This document shows, piece after piece, positions 35,620-46,392 of a stretch of DNA of 49,376 bases; the stretch's first letter is position 1; every line of letters begins with the position of its first letter. The notes under the pieces are model-generated. The model was not told where the DNA came from. It saw only the letters and a program-made list of their open reading frames with translations, and searched no databases. The position numbers and the translations under genes are program-made. The stretch spans positions 1 to 49,376 of the forward strand of contig JAUCBJ010002599.1 of NCBI GenBank assembly GCA_032718475.1, in the 5' to 3' direction. The DNA is from Nemertoderma westbladi. Lineage: Eukaryota > Animalia > Xenacoelomorpha.

Positions 35620-37164
35620 ATAGATTTATTTATACATTATGTAAAAACAATAACAAATACACCAAACAATGTACCGGTATAAAGGTATTGTCCAACATAA
35701 CATATAGGATTACCCCTAAAGCTTTGCAGCTTATTTCCAAGGGGGTCCTTTATGTTACTTGGTTACAAATACAATATTACACTACGCTAACCTAAAACCA
35801 ATATAAAACGTAATTACACTATGTACATGTACAACTTTACCGAGAGCGTGACAATGCCCGACTCAACGATAAAGATGTAATGTACAGAACAATTTATTAT
35901 AAAACGTAATTACAGTATAAATAGTAAATAATTAATAAACTAATAACTTACTGTAGGACTATTGTACCTATTTTTACATTGCACACGGAGATGAGATTTA
36001 ACTGCAGATTTAAAAGAATGTTGATTATTTAGGTTTTTAATTTCATTAGGCAGAGCGTTCCAATTTTTTATGCCGTTAAAAAAGAAAGTATCAGATTCAA
36101 AGGATTTACAATTCGGGAGGTAGAAGTTTGAAGCACTAGCTCTGGTACTGTAAGAGTGTGTATCGCGTACTCTGTTGAATTGTTGTTTTAGGTAATTGGG
36201 ACATTTACCATTATACACTTTATGCACATGGTTAATGCGTAGCTGCTTAACTCTACTATCTAAGTCAAGTAGTCCAGATTCAGAAAAGTCATCTGGAGTT
36301 AGGTGGTGCCTAGGTTTGTAGTCTTTAATAAATCGTACTACTTTATTCTGAGCTACTTGTAATTTACATTTAAGCTGTTTGGTTAAGCCTTCATACCAAG
36401 AAGAGCACGCATAGTCCATGTGACACTGTATTAAAGAAGAGCAAAGTAACTTGCGGGAGTCGGTGTTTAAACTATTTTTATTTCTGTATAGAAACCTAAG
36501 CCTACTGTTAACTTTCGAGAAAATATTTTTCACTGTACTTTCTCCTGATAAGCAGTTATCCAATGTGGCGCCTAAATATTTAACTTCCTTTTTATTTTCA
36601 ATCTTATGTCCATTACTAGTGACTTCAAACTTAGTTACCTTCTTTAACTTTCTTTTGGAACCAAATAAAATACTTTTAGTCTTACCGTAGTGAATGGATA
36701 GCTTATTATCAACCAACCACTCATTACAGGATTCTAGAACTGCACTTAACTTTTGGGAAATATGGATAGGATCTTTATGAGAGAAAATAAGAGCACTGTC
36801 GTCGGCATATAAAATGAGTTTAAAATCGGGATCTATACTACTTATCATATCATTTACATAGCATACAAAAAGCAGAGGACCTAATATACTACCTTGCGGT
36901 ACACCACAGGTAATCTCTTGTACAGTAGACAGCGATTTGCTAATGACTACAGTTTGACCTCTGTCTGACAGGTAGGACTTGAACCAGTCTATAGAACCTA
37001 CACCCATCAGGCCTAACTTACCAAGCAGAATTTCGTGATCTACAGTATCGAAAGCCTTTTGTAGGTCCAACATTACCATACCAGTATATAAACCCTTTGC
37101 GTTATTACATCTAATTGTATCAGTTAAGTTAATAAGGCAGGTGTCTGTAGAATATGATTAAGTA
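35620..37164 (-). mobile_element. 5'-truncated L2/CR1-group (Crack-like) LINE with an open RT/C-terminal ORF (35940-37079)
   Basis: 8-bp TSD TATGCAAG (35612-35619, 37165-37172); [31 protein letters not shown]; removing it restores host QYGMQ|VNQKKT. Confidence 0.93.
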
Positions 37165-37172
37165 TATGCAAG

Positions 37173-38179
37173 TAAATCAGAAGAAAACACAATTTTTCGT
37201 AGTTAACGGTAACAGCGATGATAGGAAGGCAATGGAGTGTATGCGTATAAAAGTTAACCACTGTACGGATTATATTTATTTAGGTAGTATTTTCACAGAG
37301 GATGGAAAATTATCTACTGTGCTTAGTTTACATAATGATATTTGCAGGGATAATGATATTTGCAGAGATACGGTGAATAAGATTTTGATTTTCAATGGTG
37401 CGAATCCTGATATGTCATTTATTATGAAAAGACAAGTATTTGAGGCGGCTGTTTTATCATCTATATTATACGGATCGGAATCATGGCTTACAGATAATCT
37501 AAAAGTGATAGAAAAACATTACCACCGTATGGTTAAGGTATTGCTTTCAGTGCGCGAACAGACACCAAACGATATGTGCTTATAGAAATGGGTATGCCAT
37601 TACTTAGTGAAATGATTACAGTACGTAGGGGTAATTTTATACGAAAACTGTTAAAGGGTAACGATAAAGAATTACCAATAATACAGGTCATTGATATTTG
37701 TCAAGAAAATAATACTCTAAGTTATAGGTATCTACTAACAATAATCATAATAGAGTTACTAATAAACTTGATAGTGTAAGAAATAGAATATTAAATAAGC
37801 CTGATAGTGCTACAAAATTTCATACATATAGGTCAGTTCTAAATAGGAATCTAAACCCTCATCCAATTTATCAGTTGTGTAGGAATCATATCCCTGAGAT
37901 AGTGAGGAAAGATTTTACCCATTTGCGATTAATATCGCACAACTTACGCGTTGAGAAAGGCCGGTGGAGCAGAACCCCGAGGCCGCTCCGGTATGCTTGT
38001 GCGATAATAACAGCATCCAAGACGAAGATCATGTACTATTATACTCTGAGCTGACTGAGCACTGTAGGAACAAATATAATAAATTACAATTTTCATCGTT
38101 AGAGACTCTATGGTCAAATAATAATTACATAGATGTTTGCAGTTTCGTTTCAGATGTATTAAAAACGTTTGAGCCGTAG
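37173..38179 (+). pseudogene. Host LINE ORF2 C-terminus with Cys/His domain
   Basis: YIYLGS, ILYGSESW, SHNLRVEKGRW...CLC...QDEDHVLL. Confidence 0.85.
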
Positions 38180-38869
38180 TACATAAGTGTTGGGGGGGGG
38201 GGGGGGGGGGGGGGGATCAAATTTAGATTTATTGTATTACGTTAATTAGTCCATTGGACAATAATAATGTTTTTGGGTTTAGTTTGATGTAATTAAATGT
38301 GATTGTAACAGAATTGATTAATGTGACGATTTATTACATTGTTGTGCCGTGTATAATTTTATTATTATGGTCAATAAAACATATATATATATTAAAAATA
38401 ACTAGAACGATAAATTGTTTAATTAAAATGACGGTACTGGTGTACTCTTTATTCGACTTTGCAAAGTCAGCCTCCACTTTCATTGGCATGGCCTACAGTA
38501 TATATTAGGTTGTGTTTGTGTAGTATACTATTACACCAGTACACTATGTTTATTATTATTATTAAAAGTTACAGGAATAAGAAAGTTGAGAACTGAGAAC
38601 TGTTCAGAAATTTGGGTCCCCCCAAATCACGATATGTAAGTGGAATTTAAACTTTAAAAATATAAGAATCAAACATTTAAACAACACAATTAGGTAGAAT
38701 GCAACATACATTTAGCATTTACAGCATGTCTCCATAGTACAATAAAATGGCGCAATGTAAATAAAAGTTTATATATCACCGTGGACTATCTAGATAAAAT
38801 ACTGTAGATAAAAATTAATGGCATAAAATTAATCTATACGGTGTAAACAGAATATGATTATTGGCTATA

Positions 38870-40530
38870 ATGTATAATGCAGAGACTGCAGAGACAGTTC
38901 CTGTATACCCTCGAAACAGGAAAAGGGCCCCCTGGACTGACAACAAAATTCAGAAATGCCGAAATGACCTTATATGGCGCAGAAAGAGTCGCGACTCAAA
39001 CAGACTACAGCGGCCAAGAATGCAGTTAAGGCTGCATCTAGGTCCCTGAACAGGCAGTACTCTGTTAATCTACAGGAGCTAATAAACCAACAGGTTGATG
39101 CCATCAATGATGCTGACGACAGCAGGCAATCATCTCAGGCATGGAAAGCGATCAACTTGCTTACTGGTCGGAAAAGCCAACCAACCATCAAGGTTAAGGA
39201 TGAATCACCAGCTGATCACCTCAATGGTTGGAAGGCCCACTTTAAAAAGCTCCTCAATAATGACAGGGTATTGCCTGATAACTTTATAGAAGTAAAAGTG
39301 TCTGAGTCTGTACTCCCAGATATTCCCATTGGCGATATATCATTTGCAGAAGTGAAGGCTGCTGCAAAGAGCATTAATACCAATCGTGCCAGTGGAGTAG
39401 ATGGTGTTCCCCCTGAGGTCTTTAAAATACCTGAGTGTTTAAAGCTCATATATCCCATCATAGTAGACACGTACCAAACAACAAGAGTTCCACAAGAATT
39501 GAAAACAAATAAGTGGTGCCAGTTCCCAAGAAGGGCAACCTCTATGGTTCTTTTCGGGGAATCTCATTGATCTCGATTGGAGCTATACAATAGAATTCTA
39601 TTAAATCGCATCAGGGATCCCATTGAGAGACTGCGCCGTGGAAATCAGAATGGGTTCCGTAAAGGTCGTGGGACCATGGAGTCCCTTTTGACACTTAGAA
39701 GGATAATTGAAGAGTTATCAAAAAATAAAGACAGGCATCTGGCTGTTATCTTTGTTGACTTCTTCAAGGCCTTTGAATCAGTCTCTCGCTCACGGATGTT
39801 CAGCATACTTTGATTATATGTGATTCATAATATATGGAATTCACAAAATGGATTGCAGCAATCAGATCATTATATGATGGTTCGACAACATTTGTGTCTA
39901 CTGTTGATGGTGACACAGAACCATTTGAAGTGTTATGGGGCGTTCTACAGGGAGACACACTTGTTCATAATTGTGGTTGACTATGTTCTACGCATGTCCT
40001 TAGATCATCATAATGATGATGGGGTGATGATAACTCCACCTACTGGCTCCAGAACTCGAGGAAATCCTGCCAAATACCTAAATGATCTAGACTTTGCTGA
40101 TGACTTAGGAGTACTCTCAGAATCACTAGAGGGAGCCCAACGGCTCCTCAGCTCATTAGAACATGCTGCTTCTAGTGTTGGTCTTTTTATTAACTCCAGA
40201 AAGACCAACATTTTTACAGTTAACTTTGAAAGTCCTCAGCAAGTCTCTGATCGGATGAGCTTAAGCTCAAAGGATGGTATGCTTGAGCATGTGGACGACT
40301 TCTGATACCTGGGATCATGGATCCGGAAGTCAGGTGGGGACCTTCGAATACGTAAGGAAAAGGGATGGGCAGCCTTAAATAAGCTTTCCATGATTTGGAA
40401 GTCACCGAGAATTAATCAGAAACTTAAGGTCCGATTATTTAGAGCAGCAGTAGTTCCAGTACTCCTCTATGGGAGTCCATGCTGGGCTCTAACTGCTGAG
40501 GACACCAAATCTCTGGATGGCACATTCACA
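38870..40530 (+). pseudogene. pol: Degraded RTE-clade LINE (RT), truncated at both ends
   Basis: ASGVDGVPPE, NQNGFRKGRGT, FVDFFKAFESV, DLDFADDL, LLYGSPCW; many frameshifts. Confidence 0.88.
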
Positions 40531-40897
40531 AGTAGGTACAGTAGTAAAGTAAAACAGTGCAAATTCATTAAAAAAAAGGTAAGAAAAACAACTGAGAGTG
40601 GAAAATTAAATAAAACAGGTATTATAGTAAAAAAACGGTACAAATTCATTTAGATAGCAGATTAATGCATAACGGATTGCATAGCATGTGAGTAATAGTA
40701 TGAGTATAGGACAACAAAATACGATATACATGTTTTAACATATGGGAAAATTAAATAAAATAAGTAGTAAAGTAAAACGGTACAAATTCAATAAAAAAAA
40801 AGCGGTAAAAAAACTGAAGTTAAAATAAGATTAATAAAATATATGGTTAAATAAGATTTACAGTAATTATGAGTTTGATAGATTAGGTGAACAAGTG

Positions 40898-42720
40898 GAT
40901 TAGATTAGATTAATTCCACCAGGAAGTGTAGAACTTAGTAGCAGAGTTGTAATGGTCATTTAAGTTAGATTTGAACATATTCACACTTAGGGAAGTAACA
41001 ACCACATCAGGAAGAGCATTCCAGGGAGATATGACTCGGAACTGGAACGAATCGGCCCGGATTTTTAGATGGACGGTCGTTTTGGTGAGTTTTAAAGAGT
41101 TACCACGACAGAATTGACGATAAGGAGAAGAAACTCTGCCAATCGACTGCATCAACACCCGTTAGCATGCGATATAATTGGATAAGGTCCACGCGAGAAC
41201 ATCGGTATTCCAGAGTAGGTAGTCCCAAGCGACGCAATCGGTCCGGATATGGAAGGTTACGAAGGCCCACTACCAAACGGGTAGCCCGACGTTGGACAGA
41301 CTCAAGTAGGCGGATTTCTCCTACATTGCTGGGTGACCAAACTGGAGATGCGTATTCCACAAAAGGATGGACAAGTGACTTATAGAGACTAATGAACATG
41401 TCTTCATTGAGATGTTTAAAACTTCTATATACTAGCCCCAGAACCTTATTTGACTTCTTCACGATAGTAGCTATGTGCAATGAGAACTGGAGAGAATCAT
41501 CTAAGTTCTCACCCAAGTCTTTCTCTGTTTCGGTTGTCTCCAGTGTGTGTGACCCGAGGGTGTAAGTGTACCTTGGGTTGGAGCGACAAATATTCATTAC
41601 CTTGCATTTCTTATGATTAATAATTACCAGGTTTTGCTCCACCAATCCAATATAACTAGATCACTTTGCAGGGATCCCACAGAGCATTTAATAGAGGAAT
41701 CAACTGCAGCAGAGTCTTTTAAGTCATCAGCGAACAAGTATGCCAAATGTCCTAGGTGTGCAGGAATGTCATCTACAAATCCCAAGAAAAATAGTACCCC
41801 ATCGACACTTCCTTGGGGAACCCCACTATCAACCGGTACGAGAAAGTCTTCCTGGATGTCTCCGTGTTCAACCCCTTATCGGAAACGAACGCGGCGATGT
41901 CGTTGGAAGCAGCGCACTCGCACCACGAGGCACGCAAACGCCTCAAGTACAAAGACCGGATTCGCGAGGTAGAACTGGCGACATTTGTGCCCCTCATCGT
42001 TTCTGCATTCGGTGGGATGGCTACGGCAATGCGCCAGTTTGTGAAACGGCTGGCATACAAGCTGTCGGACCGCCGTGAAATCCGGTACTCCGACTGTGTT
42101 TCCTGGATCCGGAGACAAATTAGTTTTGCGCTTCTGCGGTCCAGTCTGATGTGTCTTCGTGGCGCGCGTTCCGCATCCAAGCGGCCAGTTCACCACGCGA
42201 TATTGGACACCTCCATACGGCTGGCGAATGCGGATACGGACTGCGGGGTTGCTGGGTAGTTCAGTTGGGTAGTTCAGTTACCACTGACAGACTGCTGCAA
42301 CGGACAGGATTAATTAATAATATTAAAAATTGTTTGAATTTCCCCCGTAAATGCTAAATGTATCGTGTAGTATATATTTGTTGGCATTTTGCTTTATTAA
42401 ATTGACATAAAAATGAAAAAAAAAAAAAAAAAAAAAAAAAAACTATCAACTGATAGCCATGTTGAATGTTCACCACCAATTACTACTATGCGTTGGTATC
42501 TACCTGATAAAAACGAACTAATCCACTTCAAAAGGTTACCAGTTATCCCCAATGACGTCAATTTGAGGAGTAGACATTGACAGAATCAAATGCTATACGA
42601 AAGTCTAAAAAGGCAATACATTTATTATTTAAAGCATAATAATAATATATAAGATTTGTTTAAGACTTCTTGAAACTCTAATCAATCGACTCAGCGTATT
42701 TGAAAACCCCCCGATAAAGG
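40898..42720 (-). mobile_element. CR1-clade LINE 3' portion interrupted by a CRE element
   Basis: EKDLG, VEYASPVWSP, LESVQRRATRLV, WNALP; (AATCT)n tail at ~40898-40910; RT continues WLSVDS|GVPQGSV across the insertion; 5' limit approximate. Confidence 0.85.
41834..42441 (+). mobile_element. 5'-truncated CRE-clade (restriction-like endonuclease) non-LTR retrotransposon with poly(A) tail
   Basis: FLDVSVFNP...HEARKRLKY...FVPLIVSAFGG...WIRRQISFALLRSSLMCLRGAR; poly(A) 42416-42441; 9-bp TSD ACTATCAAC (41825-41833, 42442-42450). Confidence 0.85.
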
Positions 42721-43859
42721 TTGAACATACTTTATGAAGAAATCAGTTTGTGAAAAGTTGAGCCTTCAAGTTTGAAGGCCTAAATCCGGATACCAGGCCT
42801 GTCTTTTAGTAGGTCTCTTGATTCACCCATTATCCTCGGCTACTATCAGACCATGGACGTCTAGAATCTTCGTTTCTAGTAGGACTGGAAACTGTGTAAT
42901 CGTAAATAGAATGAGGCCTACTTTGACGTATGACTTTGTTATAAGTGATATATTTTAGGAAACTTCCTATCTAAACCGCTGCCATTTGGGTTTGTCTCTG
43001 AACGTTATTTCTATTGGTAATGGGTTAACTGGTGAACTCTTGCAGAATTCTGAGCAACATAATTTGTCTTTTGGATGTCAAATTTGACAGTAGTCACAAG
43101 ACTTGTGACTGTTTTCAGGCTTGAATGTTGTAACTTATGAAGTGATTTTATTCTTAAGCTATATTTTTGTGCAAGTTGTGTTAATTATTTCTTTATCTCT
43201 AACCACGAACACTAGTCATTACTTGAGGCTGGTTAATATAAGTCTCACCGAGTGAAGCTTGTAATATTTATTGCGCAAAGCTGGTATATTGAATCAGTCA
43301 CATGAGAATTATGATTCTAGTTACAATAATTAATATAAAGGAAATAGAGGATAAATATTTTTAAACACATAAATATTAATTTTTAAGTAAATTCAACAGA
43401 ATCGGTCAGTCATCTGATATAGTTTTACGATTTGGTTTATGAATAGTTTTGTTTCTGGTATCCCCATCACCGATCTGGGTTTCTTTCTATTCCTTTTTTA
43501 TTGAGGAGACTCCATTGAAACCATGAGATGGGAAGTATCCTTCTTCTAGAAGCCAGGATTGACCAGTGTACAAATGTCTGAAACATTCAATGATATGATG
43601 GTATACAAATTATGATGTGCGTGTAGCTTTTCTATAATAATATAAAATGTAATGTAATAAATAATTTAAACTTAATGTAATACATTTTGAGTTGTTCAAA
43701 AAATGGTCTAGAACACAATTTTTGGTGTAAAAAGAAAGGAGCTCGATAAAATATTTCAAAAAATATTTTTTTTTGCTGTACAAACCATTATGTAAGAGCT
43801 GGTAGTCACAGATTTAGCGGTATTTTTTATGACACCAAAAGTATTTAAATCCAGGGGTG

Positions 43860-44006
43860 AGGACCCCCTTGGAAATAAGCTGCAAAGCTTTAGGGGTAAT
43901 CCTAAATGTTATGTTGGACAATACCTTTATACCGGTATATTGTTTGGTATAATTGTTATTGTATTTATATAATGTATAAATAAATCTATATATCTATCTA
44001 TCTATC
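43860..44006 (+). mobile_element. ~150-bp 3' tail of the LINE family at 35620-37164, with (TATC)n end
   Basis: Reverse complement of ~35620-35750 with few differences. Confidence 0.85.
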
Positions 44007-44029
44007 TTTAGTTTAGGAAAAACGGAACT

Positions 44030-44246
44030 CAATATGGGGAGATGGTCTCGTACATCACCTAGTGAACGCATCTGCTATTGTTCATTAGCTACTGTACACG
44101 ATGAAGAACATGTGTTGTTGTTCTGTGACAATACTAGAGAGCTTCGCTGTAAATTGGTTTTAATGACTATTCGTCTCTAAAATTCGTCAGTTTTACCGAG
44201 ACTTTGTGCATTTTGTTATGAGGTGCATGAGGTGTTTAGTAAGTAA
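44030..44246 (+). pseudogene. C-terminal Cys/His fragment of a LINE related to the 19527-38391 element
   Basis: GRWSRTSPSERICYCSLATVHDEEHVLLFC...LCAFCYEVHEVFSK-stop parallels GRW...CLC...QDEDHVLL...VCSFVSDVLKTFEP-stop. Confidence 0.7.
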
Positions 44247-45124
44247 ATAAAGGTGCAAGAGGTGTTTATTAAGTAAATAAAGGTGCAAGAGGTGTTTAGT
44301 AAGTAAAGTAAAGGTGCAAGATGTGTTTAGTAAGTAAAATAAACCTGCAAGAAGTGTTTAGTAAGTAAATGAAGGTACAAGAGGTGTTTAGAAATCAAAA
44401 TAAAGGTGCAAGAGGTGTTTAGTAAGTAAATAAAGGTGTAAGAGGTGTTTCGTAAGTAAACAGGTGCAAGAGGTGTTTAGTTAGTAAAATAAAGGTGCAA
44501 GAGGTGCTTAGTAAGTAAAATAAAGGTGAAAGATGTGTTTAGTAAGTAAAATAAAGGTGCAAGAGGTGTTTAGTAAGTAAAATAAACGTGCAAGAAGTGC
44601 TTAGTAAGTAAATAAAGGTGCAAGAGGTGTTTAGTAAGTAAAATAAAGGTGCAAGAGGTGTTTATTAAGTAAAATAAAAGTGCAAGAAGTGTTTAGTAAA
44701 TAAATAAAGGTACAAGAGGTGTTTAGAAATCAAAATAAAGGTGCAAGAGGTGTTTAGTAAGTAAATAAAGGTGCAAGAGGTGTTTAGTAAGTAAATAAAT
44801 TTGCAAGAGGTGTTTAGTAAGTAAAATAAAGGTGCAATAGGTGTTTATTAAGTAAATAAAGGTACAAGAGGTGTTTAGAAATCAAAATAACGGTGCAAGA
44901 GGTGTTTCGTAAGTAAAAAGGTGCAAGAGGTGTTTAGTTAATAAAAGAAAGGTGCAAGAGGTGTTTCGTAAGTAAAAAGGTGTAAGAGGTGTTTCGTAAG
45001 TAAAAAGGTGCAAGAGGTGTTTAGTTAGTAAAATAAAGGTTCAAAGGTGTTTAATTAGTAAAATAAAGGTACAAGAGGTGTTTAGTAAGTATGTAAATGT
45101 GCAAGAAGTGTTTAGTAAGTAAAT
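44222..45124. repeat. ~30-bp minisatellite GGTGCAAGAGGTGTTTAGTAAGTAAATAAA, about 30 copies
   Basis: Directly visible; ends at the LTR of element C. Confidence 0.95.
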
Positions 45125-45709
45125 TGTGACGGGATCCGAGAATCCCGATTTATCCCGGTGGTTGTCTTATCTACGCGTCCCCGCCGTGTGTGTGAAAAGA
45201 GTTCTGATGTTGAGAGTTACTCTGACTATTGTTGAACGATATGTATAGATGTAGAATATAATCGGATAAAGTATAAGCATAAGTGAATGAATAAGTACCG
45301 GTAAAATAGCTGAATGATGATGGTGGCAGTGGACGGTGATAAGAGTTTCCGTTCTGCCCTAACTAACTGACTAACTAAAGTGAATGAAATGACACAGCAA
45401 CTGGTAATATATTGCACTGGTTGGCCGTATTACATTACTCAGTGGATGCCTTCCCCCCATTGGCTAATAACTCACTTCTCCCCCTCCCATCTCTCTGGGA
45501 GTGTTTCCCCCTGCTGCTATCACCCTCTCCCTCCCGGAGGTGTAACCTCTGACCCCTGCTGTGTGTGTGTGTCCCTTTGGGGTTTGTCGCCCCGTTTATT
45601 GGGGTGATACGAGGTTGATTGGCAATCAACCTCGTACTCCCAATATTGCTTAAAGCTCCAGCTTGGCCAACTTTGTGTGGGATGGTTTGCGGAATTGAAT
45701 ATGCTAACA
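45125..45709 (-). repeat. 3' LTR of element C (585 bp)
   Basis: Same termini as the B LTR; interior only patchily alignable. Confidence 0.9.
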
Positions 45710-46392
45710 CTCCCCCCCCATGCTATCTTCCCGGTGAGAAGATAGCATCCACCTCTAGTGCGCTACAATTCCGCTGGATCCCGATCTACTATCGGGCGTG
45801 GGGTGGGATTATTTTCTCCGGAGCCAGCATTCCAGGCCGCTCCCTATGGGTATGATATCGCTACCCCGTTTTCCTGGCGTCCCGTGTCGGGCCGATCGTG
45901 ACTTTCTCTCACACGATTTTTGTTTCCCCAACACTTTCGCCACTCTAACTCCACTCTACTCTCACCCTGACTCTCCCTACTTCTCCTCACTCCTGCTCTA
46001 ACCCTCGGACCTCCTTGTCCCTCACTCTGCCTCTTACTCCTCCCCCCCCCCACACTTGAATTGCACCTCCACTCTCTTCGCGCTATCACTCGACCCCTGT
46101 CTCAACCACTCACTCCTGGCGAGCCTCACCCCCTTCCTGTGCCGTCGCACTCAAGAAGTGTGAAGTCGTCCAGCGTCTCGTTTGTCATAGTCAATTGTTC
46201 CCCAGTCCTAGTAGCTAATTGGAAAAAGGTTGTATGACTATAGTACCTACTTTGATTATATTTTCTTGCTAAACTAATAATTGTTACGTACGTACATACT
46301 AATTGCACTTTTCAATTATTTAAATTATTTGAATTTGTACTTAGGAGTTCGCACGTCTCACATGGTGCCTTCCAGGCATGCCACATCGAAGT

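Larger units (their letters stand above)
19527..38391 (+). mobile_element. Near full-length two-ORF LINE (Proto2/RTEX-like), degraded and split by three insertions
   Basis: ORF1, APE, RT and C-terminal Cys/His pieces are colinear at 19527-20840, 32451-32510, 34091-35619 and 37173-38179; 3' UTR with poly-G and AATAAA near 38373. Confidence 0.85.

Noticed and set aside
42720-43850. Possible host exon or further element
   Set aside because: No ORF, repeat or motif I can support; left unannotated.
44222-45124. CRISPR-like array
   Set aside because: Head-to-tail minisatellite with no unique spacers.
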